Source: an uncultured Myxococcales bacterium (lineage in GTDB: Bacteria; Myxococcota; UBA727; JABDBI01). Taken from it: DNA of 64,000 bases. Under the pieces are notes generated by a model. It ran no database searches. It was not told where the DNA came from and saw only the letters and a list, made by a program, of their open reading frames with translations. The number at the start of each line of letters is the position of its first letter. The stretch's first letter is position 1. The translations under genes and the position numbers were made by a program. Below, piece after piece: positions 9,695-19,777 of the stretch. The DNA is taken from contig CAYJDW010000006.1 of NCBI GenBank assembly GCA_964368985.1, forward strand, positions 247-64,246. The letters are read 5' to 3'.

Positions 9695-10307
9695 ACTTCG
9701 CGCCCGTTTTGGTGGCGATTTCGTCGACGCTCACCCCCGGCGCATGCTCAAGCAACGTGAGCCCGTCCTCGACGAGAAAGACCGCCAAATCAGTAACGAT
9801 CATGTTGGTACAAGCCTTACCGGTCAAAGGAAGGCTACAGTGCTCAAGGATTTTATGTTCGCCGTCTTTATTAACGTGCTCCATGGCCACAATAACTTTT
9901 CGAGCGCCCGCGACTAGATCCATGGCTCCTCCCATGCCTTTGACCATTTTGCCCGGAATCATCCAGTTGGCGATATCGCCATCAACCGACACCTGCATTG
10001 CTCCTAACACGCTTAAATCCACGTGCCCCCCGCGGATCATGGCGAAAGAATCGCTCGACGAGAAAAAAGCCGCACCTTTGATGGTAGTGATAGTTTGTTT
10101 ACCAGCGTTGATTAAATCAGGATCTTCGTCGCCATCATAGGGAAAAGGTCCCATACCTAAGAGGCCATTCTCGCTCTGAAAAAATACCTCCAAATTTTTT
10201 GGTACATAATTGGCAACCAGCGTCGGCAAGCCAATGCCCAGATTCACCACAAAACCATTTTTCAATTCCAGAGCAACTCTTTGCGCTATTTGTTCCCGAC
10301 TAAGCAT
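9657..10307 (-). CDS. scoB: 3-oxoacid CoA-transferase subunit B
   Basis: '[36 protein letters not shown]…' is typical of the beta subunit. The start is set at the internal Met just after the scoA stop. The ORF-track 5' extension to 10388 overlaps scoA and is probably not translated. Confidence 0.8.
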   Translation of the reverse strand: MLSREQIAQRVALELKNGFVVNLGIGLPTLVANYVPKNLEVFFQSENGLLGMGPFPYDGDEDPDLINAGKQTITTIKGAAFFSSSDSFAMIRGGHVDLSVLGAMQVSVDGDIANWMIPGKMVKGMGGAMDLVAGARKVIVAMEHVNKDGEHKILEHCSLPLTGKACTNMIVTDLAVFLVEDGLTLLEHAPGVSVDEIATKTGAKFRIHEQLKAIEF

Positions 10308-11067
10308 GATGGCCTCCTGGGCTGGGACGAATGGTTTTTTGTTCGATCCATTTTTGATAATGTTCGCCTTTATAAACATGCTGAACATAGGCGCCTGATA
10401 AATGCACGCGATCCGGTTCCAACTCTCCTAAAGGCACCACATGTTCTACTTCTGCCAAGGTAATAGCGGCAGCAGTAGCCATGATCGGATTAAAGTTGCG
10501 GGCGGTCTTATTAAAAATAAGATTGCCAAAAGAGTCCGCGGTATGAGCCTTGATGAGCGCAAAATCAGCTTTGAGCGATTCCTCCAGTACATAATCTTTG
10601 CCCCCAAAACGCCGTATTTCTTTAGGTTTGGAACTTTTCACGACGCGGCCCTGACTGTCGTGCAGCATCGGTAGACCGCCATCGGAGACCAGGGTATGTA
10701 CCCCGGTCGGCGTAAAAAAAGCAGGAATCCCCGCGCCGCCTGCTCTAATTTTCTCGGCAAGTGTCCCTTGAGGAATAAGTTCAACCTCAAGTTCACCCGT
10801 TAAAAATTGGCGCTCGAAAATTTTATTTTCACCCACATAGCTTGCGATCATTTTCTTGATTCGCCGCTCTTTTAGTAAAACCCCCAAACCCAAATCCGTG
10901 GTTCCACAATTATTGCTAATGATGGTCAAATCCTTGACGCCCGATTCAAAAAGCGCGCCAATAAGATATTCGGGGTTGCCGCACAGCCCGAAACCGCCCA
11001 CCATAATAGTGGCGCCATCTTTCAGCTGCTCAAGCGCTTGCGCTAAGTTGCTAATAATTTTGTTCAT
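10300..11067 (-). CDS. scoA: 3-oxoacid CoA-transferase subunit A
   Basis: '[33 protein letters not shown]…' is typical of the alpha subunit. It sits in tandem with subunit B. Confidence 0.8.
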   Translation of the reverse strand: MNKIISNLAQALEQLKDGATIMVGGFGLCGNPEYLIGALFESGVKDLTIISNNCGTTDLGLGVLLKERRIKKMIASYVGENKIFERQFLTGELEVELIPQGTLAEKIRAGGAGIPAFFTPTGVHTLVSDGGLPMLHDSQGRVVKSSKPKEIRRFGGKDYVLEESLKADFALIKAHTADSFGNLIFNKTARNFNPIMATAAAITLAEVEHVVPLGELEPDRVHLSGAYVQHVYKGEHYQKWIEQKTIRPSPGGHHA

Positions 11068-11216
11068 GGTTGCTCCGCGTTGCTATTCTGCCTCATGCTT
11101 TGATTAAAAAACAGGCGGTTGTCGTCGTCAAAGCGTTTTAATAGTTATTGACGAAGAGAATGATAGGGTTATGTAGGCTTTAATCAGGGAAAGAGCTCCC
11201 CATGGACGAGTAAAAG

Positions 11217-12683
11217 ATGGGACCTTTGGCATATCAAAATGCAAACGCACTTTTAAGACAACTACGAAGCGGTGAAATTAGTTCCAGTGAACTAGTTCTT
11301 GAGAGTATTCGCCGTATCGAGCGCTATGACAATCAAATTAATGCGGTAGTGGTGCGCGACTTTGATCGTGCCCGCGAAGCCGCACTAAAAGCAGATAAAG
11401 CCTTGGCACGAGCTGAGTCGGGAGCCCTCTTAGGCCTGCCTATTACCATTAAAGAGAGTTATTCTGTAGCTGGCTTCTCGAAATCCTGGGGAGTCGCAGG
11501 ATTTGAGAAAAAAGTGGAAGTCACGGATGGCGTAGTAGCAAAACGGCTAAAAAAAGAAGGGGCGATTATCTTAGGAAAGACCAATGTGCCCACTTATCTG
11601 GGAGATTGGCAAACTTATAACGATATTTATGGTGTTACCAACAATCCATGGAATCTAAGTTTGACTGCAGGTGGATCCTCGGGTGGCAGTGCAGCGGCAT
11701 TAGCTGCCGGCTTTAGCTCTTTGGATTTTGGCTCCGATCTCAATGGTTCTTTGCGAGTCCCCGCACATTGTTGCGGCATTTATGCGCATAATCCAAGTTA
11801 TGGTCTCGTTCCGCAGCGAGGTCACGAGCCCCCGGGCTATCAGCAGCTTTCAGTTGCACGCGGAATGGAATTTGCCGTTAATGGGCCTCTTGCGCGCTGT
11901 GCCGAAGATCTAGAATTGGGGCTTAAACTTATTGCTGGTCCTGATGACGACATGGCTATGGCTTACAAACTTTCTTTGCCGAAAAGTCGCCATAAAAAAC
12001 TGAAGGATTTTCGAGTACTCTTACTTAGCCAGCATCCATTCTTGCGAACTTCGAATGATGTAGAAGCAGCTCTGGAGGAGTGTGCTGCCCATCTTATCCG
12101 TCAAGGAGTAGCGGTAGAAAGATCAGCTGTCGGCCATCTCGACCTTGAAAATATCGCATCCACTTTTTTGCAACAGCTCATGGCACTTCTGAATGTGGAT
12201 TTGTCCGATGAAGAGTATAAAAAAGCACAAGCAGAGGCGGCAAAACTGCCCTCCGATATTCAAAATCTTGAAGCTTTGGTGCTCCGCGGTCGCGTACTCA
12301 GCTATCGCGATTTTAACCGAATAGGCAGAATAAGGACACAGCTTCGCCACCAATGGCGTGAACTTTTTAAGCACTTCGATGTTGTGTTGTGCCCCGTCAT
12401 GCCAATTCCAGCCTTTCCACACGATTATTCTCCCGACCTCAATACGCGTAGCCTAATGGTCGATGCTCAAAGGATTCCCTATGGCGCAGTAGGCATGTGG
12501 TGTTCTCTCGCTACCCTTACAGGCCAGCCCTCAACAGTTATGCCGATTGGTCAAAGCCGAGAAGGCTTGCCCATTGGTATGCAAATAATAGGCCCCTTTC
12601 TCGAGGACCTCACCACTATTGGATTTGCGCAATGCCTCGAACGAGAGTTCGGCGGTTTTAGACCGCCTCCTGCTTTAAGTTGA
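11217..12683 (+). CDS. Amidase-signature family amidase (GatA-like)
   Basis: Amidase signature 'GGSSGGSAAALAAGFSSLDFGSDLNGSLRVPA'. Confidence 0.75.
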   Translation: MGPLAYQNANALLRQLRSGEISSSELVLESIRRIERYDNQINAVVVRDFDRAREAALKADKALARAESGALLGLPITIKESYSVAGFSKSWGVAGFEKKVEVTDGVVAKRLKKEGAIILGKTNVPTYLGDWQTYNDIYGVTNNPWNLSLTAGGSSGGSAAALAAGFSSLDFGSDLNGSLRVPAHCCGIYAHNPSYGLVPQRGHEPPGYQQLSVARGMEFAVNGPLARCAEDLELGLKLIAGPDDDMAMAYKLSLPKSRHKKLKDFRVLLLSQHPFLRTSNDVEAALEECAAHLIRQGVAVERSAVGHLDLENIASTFLQQLMALLNVDLSDEEYKKAQAEAAKLPSDIQNLEALVLRGRVLSYRDFNRIGRIRTQLRHQWRELFKHFDVVLCPVMPIPAFPHDYSPDLNTRSLMVDAQRIPYGAVGMWCSLATLTGQPSTVMPIGQSREGLPIGMQIIGPFLEDLTTIGFAQCLEREFGGFRPPPALS

Positions 12684-12800
12684 GGAAAAGGCGTGTTTAG
12701 TTAATTTATTTTTATATTTTTTGCGCCAAATAATTAAAACATTCCCCCAAAAACACCCAACAAACGATGAGTATTTATTTCTTAACTCAAAGGAGAGTTA

Positions 12801-14786
12801 TTGATGATAAAAATAAGATCGCGTTTGTTCACAATTTTTTTTCCTCTAAAGGCTTTATTTTTGCCCGGCCTGGCCTTCTTATCTGGCCATGTAATAGCCA
12901 TGCCAAAATACAGTGCCCATGGTGCTGAAGTTAATGCTCTGCAAGCATTTGCTGTTAGCGAAGATCCGGTGCTAAAAGGTACGCTAATTCTGGCAGACGA
13001 AAAGTCCTCGGTACTCTACGTTTCCCCAAGTTCTAAGAAAGTTCAAACTGGAATCTTTCAGCAGGTTGCTTCAACAGCCTGCAATATACTTGAAAACCAC
13101 TATGACTTGACTTATCTGCTGCCCAATGTTCCCGTTGAGCAATACGCTCATTTCGCAAAAGGCGGCCCTTATTCACCGTTTTTTGATTCAAAGGTGGGAA
13201 ACTATGTGCGCCAGTCAACGATCCTCTCTCAAATAACTACTAAAGTTGCACAAATCCAACAGATTAAGGATAGCCACCGGGATGTGATTGCTGCGTATGA
13301 AAAAGCCAAAGGACGCTTTGAGGACGCGCAGACAACATTTAATAAAGCTGAGGCTGCCTATAGTGAACTCGATAACAACGTCGCTAAATACTCTCTCTTG
13401 TGGCTCAATGCGTCAACCAATGAGGCTCGAGAAATGATGAAAATGGAACTTGACCAAGCCAAGCAAGTGAGAACAGCGGAAAACGCTCAGCGAAAGGAAA
13501 CTTTAAGGGCAGCGATGAATGCTGTGTTTAGTCAGCAAGTTGCTTATCGAGAAGCCAAAGAGATTTACGACCGGAGCATACCGAACCACGAAGAAATAAA
13601 AAAAGACGTTGCTTCTCTCATGGAATTTTTTGAAATTATCCAAAGCCTTGCTTTGACCCATTATACTCTGAGCGAACGAGCCTTACAGGATTTTGAGAAC
13701 ACCACTGTCGGCGTGGCATCGGCCAGTTACAGTATTTGGGGCGAAGAAGAAGTGCGGCTGGAAAATGCTTTAGCGCGTTATAAAAGTAGAAATCCCTTTT
13801 TTGCCGATGTAAGTGTCGCGCGTCTGCCCATTCATAATATCCGGCTAAAAAAACCCGTAAGCAGTGTTCTTGCGGCAAATATTACGGGGAATTTTAATGG
13901 CGACACTTCATCTAAGACGGCGCAGCAAGGAACTTCAAGCGACAGTATCGCTGTAGGTGATCAAAGCAAACCATCAGATCGTGCCATTTTCACTAAGGAT
14001 AAGCAGCTGGTTATTCCAGAGGTGAAAACTCTATTTGGCGATGGGGCGGGTACCTATCAAAACATGGTGACCAGAGGTGCGGCGTGCAGTGGAAAGTCGG
14101 AGAAACAAATAGTTAAGATAAGTGCAAATTTAGCTTCGTCTGGCTTAGAAATAGAAACTAATTTTGACGTCCCAGTTTTTAACCTTCGACAAAACAATGT
14201 CCTTGCTCAAAGTGTAGCCCTTGAATATGATTTCCACACTCGAAGTGAACCCATGAAAGTAAGCTGCTCGATGGATATTAAAAAGTTCCGGTCCTTTGTT
14301 GCTGATACAGGCGAAAGTGGCTTTTTATTCTGGCGCAAATCATGGTCAAAGGTTGATAGGCAACGCGCCGATAATTCAGGGGTGAGCTGCTCAGTAAAAT
14401 TGTCACCCATGGGAGAAAACCCCAATTATGAAGAACAAAAACAATACTTGGATTTAATTAAACAAGGAATGATGCAAGAAATTGCTGCCGAGTTCATTCT
14501 GACTTATGCGAAAAGCTGGAAGATAACCCAACGTCAGCCATCCCTCCCTAATCCAGGGAAGGCCGCCTACCAGGCAGGAGTGGCCCTAATGACACTATGC
14601 GGTCCTAATATCTATTGCGCTGTTGGATCTATTATCCTGAAAACTGGGGATGAACTCTTCGGAGCTCATTATGACGAAGTCTCCACTGGTGACTATTTAT
14701 CCGGCAAAATCGAGAGATCCTACGACGAGACGGCATGGACTACATCGAGCGGGCAAGCCATTATTGACTTGACAGTGACGCTTTAA
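12801..14786 (+). CDS. Secreted hypothetical protein, 661 aa, with a central coiled-coil region
   Basis: An aaaggagag RBS precedes the start. The protein has a signal peptide (…LAFLSGHVIA|MPK) and a long heptad-like region (residues ~160-300). No recognisable catalytic motif was found. Confidence 0.6.
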   Translation: MMIKIRSRLFTIFFPLKALFLPGLAFLSGHVIAMPKYSAHGAEVNALQAFAVSEDPVLKGTLILADEKSSVLYVSPSSKKVQTGIFQQVASTACNILENHYDLTYLLPNVPVEQYAHFAKGGPYSPFFDSKVGNYVRQSTILSQITTKVAQIQQIKDSHRDVIAAYEKAKGRFEDAQTTFNKAEAAYSELDNNVAKYSLLWLNASTNEAREMMKMELDQAKQVRTAENAQRKETLRAAMNAVFSQQVAYREAKEIYDRSIPNHEEIKKDVASLMEFFEIIQSLALTHYTLSERALQDFENTTVGVASASYSIWGEEEVRLENALARYKSRNPFFADVSVARLPIHNIRLKKPVSSVLAANITGNFNGDTSSKTAQQGTSSDSIAVGDQSKPSDRAIFTKDKQLVIPEVKTLFGDGAGTYQNMVTRGAACSGKSEKQIVKISANLASSGLEIETNFDVPVFNLRQNNVLAQSVALEYDFHTRSEPMKVSCSMDIKKFRSFVADTGESGFLFWRKSWSKVDRQRADNSGVSCSVKLSPMGENPNYEEQKQYLDLIKQGMMQEIAAEFILTYAKSWKITQRQPSLPNPGKAAYQAGVALMTLCGPNIYCAVGSIILKTGDELFGAHYDEVSTGDYLSGKIERSYDETAWTTSSGQAIIDLTVTL

Positions 14787-14794
14787 TTTTTTTT

Positions 14795-14822
14795 AAGGGA
14801 GTAATCTTTTACTCCCTTTTTT
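14795..14822 (+). terminator. Rho-independent terminator
   Basis: aagggagtaa-tctt-ttactccctt is followed by a T8 run. Confidence 0.7.
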
Positions 14823-14833
14823 TTGGAGGCTAT

Positions 14834-15352
14834 GTGAAACAAAAATATATTTTTATTGGTGCAACCTGTACGGCCTTATTAATGGCTATAATTTTGACAA
14901 AACATCTTTTTAAAAAAAGTCCCAATGATGCCGAAAAATCTTTGGTATCAACAACAACACAGGGATCTTCTGAGCCTCCGACCAATCCACTATATTCTTC
15001 CGAGGCAGTGGCAGAAATTCTAAAACTTGCTCGCACTGTGAGCAAGGATAGTCCCGTTAATAAAGAAGCTTTGCGTGAAATGAAAGATAGCGTCCATGAG
15101 ACCAAAACCAGTTATGAAAAAGTTCTTTCGTCATTCCAAGAAGCCATCAACAGCTATGAAGAGTTGTCTCAAAATTTCGATCTTAAATTGCGTCAGGGGG
15201 CCGGCTCAGCAGAATTGGCCCAGATGGATCAACAACTTCAAAGCCAGGCTCAAAAAATTCTTGTCTTAAAAAAAGAATCAAATGATGCCTACGTGGATTT
15301 GATGGCGCAATTCGATCAAGCAATTCCTGCCATTTTAGAGAAACACTTTTAG
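14834..15352 (+). CDS. Hypothetical secreted/membrane-anchored coiled-coil protein (172 aa)
   Basis: A GGAGG RBS precedes a GTG start. The N-terminus is hydrophobic (FIGATCTALLMAIIL) and the rest is predicted coiled coil. Confidence 0.5.
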   Translation: MKQKYIFIGATCTALLMAIILTKHLFKKSPNDAEKSLVSTTTQGSSEPPTNPLYSSEAVAEILKLARTVSKDSPVNKEALREMKDSVHETKTSYEKVLSSFQEAINSYEELSQNFDLKLRQGAGSAELAQMDQQLQSQAQKILVLKKESNDAYVDLMAQFDQAIPAILEKHF

Positions 15353-15360
15353 GAGTATCC

Positions 15361-16479
15361 ATGAAATACTTATGGTTGATAACTTTTTTTGTACATCATG
15401 CTTCTTTTAGCGACGATGCCACCTGCAAAAAAAGTCTTCTGCTGATCAGCGATCTGGAGCAAGAAAAAATTAAAACGCTCTATGATTTTAAGAATAATAA
15501 TCTTGGAAATTGGTCCCTGATAGGCGAGCGTTCTCATTTTGGCTTTGCTTTAGAACCTCAAAAAATCGCTCCCTATCGCCTTAGCTGGGAGATCAAGCTC
15601 CCCGGGAAGAATGAGCATATTTTTCAAGATGGTGGGTTTAGTTGCGAGATACCGCTGACATGGCAACTCAAGCCTAAAAAAGACCTTCAAATTGTTTTTC
15701 CCAAGGCTGCCCATGGGCTTCAAGAGGATAGTTCGCTTCATTCCCTGCTTACTTTTGCCGGAATATATTTGGCGAAAAGTATCTATATGGGCTTTCCAGA
15801 TATGATTCGAATCATGTGGCATTTGAATCAATCTCGCCTGCCAGAGGAGGTGGTGTCAGGACTTATTACCTCTTTTCCGTTTGTCGGTCATAATCTCAAT
15901 CTCTTAGAAAACACCTTGGATAAAAATAACGGGGTGCAACTCATTGCCCTTCATTTTTCCCAGGCGATGGAATTGGATCAAGGTGAGTCGCGCTGGCTTA
16001 TTACTAACGCCGGGGATCAGGATGCGATCAGAAAAGGCAGTTACCACACACCGGAGTCAAAACATAATATGTGGCTGCCCTGGCTAGATTTTAGCCGACC
16101 AGAATTCAAAGCCTCGTCTATCCAAGAGGTTCATAAAACTACGATTGTAGCACCATTAGCAATAGCAAAAATATATAACCGCAGCACCCGCAGTTATATC
16201 CCCGATCCCATCCCGGTGCAGGATAAAATGCAAATGGTCTATGACCTTATTTCCCCATTAGTTAGGGCGCGTATGGATGATAACCAGGCATTATTTACTC
16301 ATCTTCTTTTGCAATCAAAGTTCGGCTATGAACTTTATGTTTTTGAAATTCTTCAAAGCGGGGCGTTGGTGCCTCTTTCAAGCCAAGAGATAAAAGACCC
16401 GTCATTGCTCGGTTTGCCAAGTGCTCAGGAGCTAGGTTTTAGCTCTCAACCGCTCTCAGACATTAACGGCATTCAATAA
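15361..16479 (+). CDS. Hypothetical secreted protein (372 aa)
   Basis: An AGGAG RBS lies 8 nt upstream of the start, and the gene is tightly spaced after the previous stop. The N-terminus is hydrophobic and no motif is recognised. Confidence 0.5.
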   Translation: MKYLWLITFFVHHASFSDDATCKKSLLLISDLEQEKIKTLYDFKNNNLGNWSLIGERSHFGFALEPQKIAPYRLSWEIKLPGKNEHIFQDGGFSCEIPLTWQLKPKKDLQIVFPKAAHGLQEDSSLHSLLTFAGIYLAKSIYMGFPDMIRIMWHLNQSRLPEEVVSGLITSFPFVGHNLNLLENTLDKNNGVQLIALHFSQAMELDQGESRWLITNAGDQDAIRKGSYHTPESKHNMWLPWLDFSRPEFKASSIQEVHKTTIVAPLAIAKIYNRSTRSYIPDPIPVQDKMQMVYDLISPLVRARMDDNQALFTHLLLQSKFGYELYVFEILQSGALVPLSSQEIKDPSLLGLPSAQELGFSSQPLSDINGIQ

Positions 16480-16490
16480 AAGGAGAACTC

Positions 16491-16790
16491 ATGAAAATGC
16501 GCTATTGGACAACTTTGGTTTTGCTGCTGAGCGGATCTCTTTTGGGGTGTCAAAAAAATGAAAGGACTCAGGTACTTTCCAAAGAAAATCCACCAAATCT
16601 CTCAATCGTCAGCGAAAATAAATGTGAGGTTTTGGCGCAACTTTCATTTGGGGAGGAAGTGATGCGCCATTATTCGCTCATGGGCCAAAATGACTTCGAA
16701 AAAGAGGGTATTTTAGAGATTGAATTTACTTGGACAGATGGCACGAATGAGCAACGTTTTGATTGCACTTTCAAGCCTAAAATGTCCTAA
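16491..16790 (+). CDS. Small lipoprotein (99 aa), hypothetical
   Basis: An AAGGAG RBS precedes the start. The lipobox is LLSGSLLGCQ. Confidence 0.55.
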   Translation: MKMRYWTTLVLLLSGSLLGCQKNERTQVLSKENPPNLSIVSENKCEVLAQLSFGEEVMRHYSLMGQNDFEKEGILEIEFTWTDGTNEQRFDCTFKPKMS

Positions 16791-16877
16791 AACGCCGAGC
16801 TTCTCGTTTAACATTTGCCGCTCGTTTCTGGTCTTTGCGAGCGGAGCGGGGCAATCTGGGGAATGCCACCTTTTATA

Positions 16878-16903
16878 AATTGCCGCGCTCTGGTCGCAAT
16901 GAC
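16878..16903. repeat. Short REP-like palindromic motif (copy 1): attgccgcgct…tcgcaatgac
   Basis: A near-identical motif occurs at 21875..21900. Both sit between convergent gene ends. The reverse-strand translation gives the familiar spurious '…HCERS…' peptide. Confidence 0.5.
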
Positions 16904-16933
16904 AACAACTGCCGGTCATATCTGCATCACGTT

Positions 16934-17668
16934 CTACGCGCCATGAGACTCCGGTACTTTCGTAAGATTTAGTTGTTCCCGAAATACCTGAAGCAAGGCG
17001 CGGGCATTTTTTAGCTGGGACGAATCATTATTTAAAAAAGCAATCACGCGATGGCAGCCGCTTTCAATGACCGAAATAGCGATGCGGGAAAGTTCTTTTC
17101 GCGAATAATGATGCTCAAACCAATCTGAGCGCCCATGGAGGCGTAAATAAACGGTGCCGCTGGTGTTTATGATATCGCGAGGCACGAGCGAGCTATCGGC
17201 GCTTACGACCGTGATGCCAAGTGATTTAGCCCATTCTATGTGGTCTTTACTAAACCATCGAGCGTTGCGCCATTCGAGAGCAAAACGGGGGCCAAGGCCG
17301 GATTTTTCGAAGAAAATTTCGATATCTTTTCTGATGGTCGGATGGGCATTGGGGGGCAGTTGGAAGAGATAATATGCCACTTGGTTGTCGAGGGGGGCAA
17401 AAAGATTTTTAAACTCGCGAAATCGTTCAAAAGCAATATCGTTAAAGCGGAAAAAATGAGTAACCGAACGATTAATCTTAACCGTCCACTCGAGGTTTTT
17501 GCCCTCATCAGCCCAGCTAATAATTTGGTCATGACTTGGCAATTGATAAAATGACATATTGAGTTCAATGGCATTTAAACGCGAGTTTTCCACATACCAA
17601 GGGAGTCCATTGGGATTCCAAATGGGATTAGACCATCCTGTCGTACCAACCAATATTTCCATCAACAT
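16934..17668 (-). CDS. DUF72 (YecE-like) family protein
   Basis: 'ILVGTTGWSNPIW…FYQLP…' is the N-terminal signature of the DUF72/UPF0759 family. Confidence 0.65.
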   Translation of the reverse strand: MLMEILVGTTGWSNPIWNPNGLPWYVENSRLNAIELNMSFYQLPSHDQIISWADEGKNLEWTVKINRSVTHFFRFNDIAFERFREFKNLFAPLDNQVAYYLFQLPPNAHPTIRKDIEIFFEKSGLGPRFALEWRNARWFSKDHIEWAKSLGITVVSADSSLVPRDIINTSGTVYLRLHGRSDWFEHHYSRKELSRIAISVIESGCHRVIAFLNNDSSQLKNARALLQVFREQLNLTKVPESHGA

Positions 17669-17823
17669 TCACCTTAGGCTAGGCATTTTAAATAATAAGT
17701 AGCTTTCCCCATGGTAAGAAGCAAAAGTTAAACCGCAAGAAGAGTTTTAAAGATAATTGTGACGAATGGTGAATACGCAAGGCGCCACAGCGTGTTGATT
17801 GGGAAAAAAAATCGAGGTCACCG

Positions 17824-19440
17824 TTGAAAATATTCGAGAACCTGTGCGTAGTTATTGCCTTTTGTGGGGCAGGGGCCTTGGGGGCAGGGCCTCCAAACTT
17901 AAAAGAACTCGTGCTTCTTCATACCAACGATATGCATTCGCGTATCTTGGGGGTCGATGTCCAGGACAACATGTGCACGCTACAAAGTCGTGACAAAGAA
18001 TCCTGTTTTGGTGGTTTTGACCGCATTTTTACCGTCGTAAATCAAGAGCGCAAAAAAAATGAATCTACCATTGTGGTGGATGCGGGCGATCAGTTTCAGG
18101 GCACGCTTTTTCATCAGCTCTATCGCGGTAGAGTATCGGCTATGTTTATGAACCAAATCCGCTATGACGCTATGGCAGTGGGTAATCATGAATTTGATAA
18201 TGGCCCTCAGGTTTTGGCAGAATTTATCAAAGAGATGAAATTTCCACTTCTGAGCGCGAATATTAATGTGTCGGCGGATAAGGATTTGGCGGGCAAGGTG
18301 AGGCCCTACACCATTGTGCAAAAGGGGAAGTTGCGCGTGGGAATTATTGGCTATACCACCGAAGACACGGCCTATTTATCTTCTCCAGGGCCGGATGTGA
18401 GAATCGGCCCCATCATAGACAATGTCAAAAAAGCGGTTTTGGAACTTAAAAAAGCTCGCGTCGATGTGATCATTGCGCTTTCTCATTCGGGCTTAAAGCG
18501 GGACCAGGAAATAGCTTCTCAAGTCGATGGAATTGCAGCCATTGTGTGCGGTCATAGCAATTCGTTGCTCTCTAATAAAGTGAAGAATAGCGACGGACCA
18601 AGCCCGCTCGTTATTATGTCTCCGTCTAAAAAACCCGTGCTATTAGTTTCCGCCTATGCTTATGGCAAATATTTGGGCTATCTCAAATTTCGCTTTGATT
18701 CCCGAGGAGTGCCGGTGAGCTGGGAAGCTGATCCTATCTTGCTTGATACTACTATTGAGCGAAATCCTGCCATCGCCAAAGAGGCCGAAAATCTTTATAA
18801 GCCTATAAGTCACTATGAAAAACAATTAGTAGGAAGTGTTCCAGTAGATATTAATAGTCAGGAATGTCGCTTCGAAGAGTGTATTTTTGGCAACCTGATC
18901 ACCGATGCCATGAGCCGCCTAGGAAAGCCTCTTGGAGCCTCCATCGCCATCATGAATGCTGGAGGTATTCGGGCTTCCCTCCCCAAGGGCCCGGTTAATC
19001 AAGCGCAAGTAAAAGATGTTTTGCCCTTTGAGAAAAAGGTCGTATTCGTCAAACTAAAGGGGGACAGTATTCGAAAAATACTCGAACATGGCGTCAGCTT
19101 TGCCGAAAATAAAGCTAATGATAATACTGGCCGTTTTTTGCAGGTTTCTGGGCTTAAATATAGTTTTAATCCTTCCCATCCCCGGGGAAAAAGAGTGAAA
19201 GATATTCAGGTCCAAAACCCGGACACTGAGCTCTTTGAGCCGATTAAGCCTGAGCAAATATATGGCGTAGCGGCCAATAGCTATCTTGTACAAGGCGGCG
19301 ATAAATATAGTTTTTTTGCCGAATCGGTGGAGCGTTGGAGCATGGAGCTCAGTCTTAAGGATGTACTCAGTGCCTTTTTTAAAAGCCCCATCTCTCAACT
19401 TCCTAAGCGCGAAGGGCGCATTGTCAAACTTGATGAATGA
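17824..19440 (+). CDS. Bifunctional metallophosphatase/5'-nucleotidase (UshA-like), secreted
   Basis: TTG start and a signal peptide. Calcineurin-like motifs 'LLHTNDMHSR', 'VDAGDQFQGT' and 'GNHEFDNGP' are present, with a C-terminal 5'-nucleotidase domain. Confidence 0.8.
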   Translation: MKIFENLCVVIAFCGAGALGAGPPNLKELVLLHTNDMHSRILGVDVQDNMCTLQSRDKESCFGGFDRIFTVVNQERKKNESTIVVDAGDQFQGTLFHQLYRGRVSAMFMNQIRYDAMAVGNHEFDNGPQVLAEFIKEMKFPLLSANINVSADKDLAGKVRPYTIVQKGKLRVGIIGYTTEDTAYLSSPGPDVRIGPIIDNVKKAVLELKKARVDVIIALSHSGLKRDQEIASQVDGIAAIVCGHSNSLLSNKVKNSDGPSPLVIMSPSKKPVLLVSAYAYGKYLGYLKFRFDSRGVPVSWEADPILLDTTIERNPAIAKEAENLYKPISHYEKQLVGSVPVDINSQECRFEECIFGNLITDAMSRLGKPLGASIAIMNAGGIRASLPKGPVNQAQVKDVLPFEKKVVFVKLKGDSIRKILEHGVSFAENKANDNTGRFLQVSGLKYSFNPSHPRGKRVKDIQVQNPDTELFEPIKPEQIYGVAANSYLVQGGDKYSFFAESVERWSMELSLKDVLSAFFKSPISQLPKREGRIVKLDE

Positions 19441-19525
19441 AAAGTGCTAAATGGGGCCGCCCTTGTTTATTATGGCTAATTGAATAAGCTTAAAGCCGTC
19501 AATCAGTTTTAAGAGGAGTTTTTTT

Positions 19526-19771
19526 ATGACAATGGAAAAAATCAACCAGGATTTCTATTACGACTCACGTATTAGCCTGCGTAATATTCGCGCTGGTCGG
19601 GTTAATAAAGCTGATTTTGAAAAATATATTGAGGCCTTACCCGACCTAAAAGACCAATCCGAAGAACTCGGTCCTGATGTTTATGGCTCAGAACGTTCGC
19701 GTTTAGCAGTAACCGGCGAATATTCCAGCTCGGATGACCACGATCACGACCACGACGACGATAGTCTCTAA
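19526..19771 (+). CDS. Small acidic protein with a C-terminal His/Asp tail (…SSDDHDHDHDDDSL), hypothetical
   Basis: A strong AGGAG RBS precedes the start. The stop lies 7 nt before the truA start. Confidence 0.5.
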   Translation: MTMEKINQDFYYDSRISLRNIRAGRVNKADFEKYIEALPDLKDQSEELGPDVYGSERSRLAVTGEYSSSDDHDHDHDDDSL

Positions 19772-19777
19772 ATTCCC

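Noticed and set aside
10210-10674. Plus-strand ORFs across the scoA/scoB junction and ORF 9606..9917
   Set aside because: They are antisense to the well-supported CoA-transferase subunits.
17236-17574. Internal ORFs on both strands within the DUF72 gene (17154..17372, 17240..17554)
   Set aside because: They are nested in or antisense to a gene with a conserved family signature and have no independent support.
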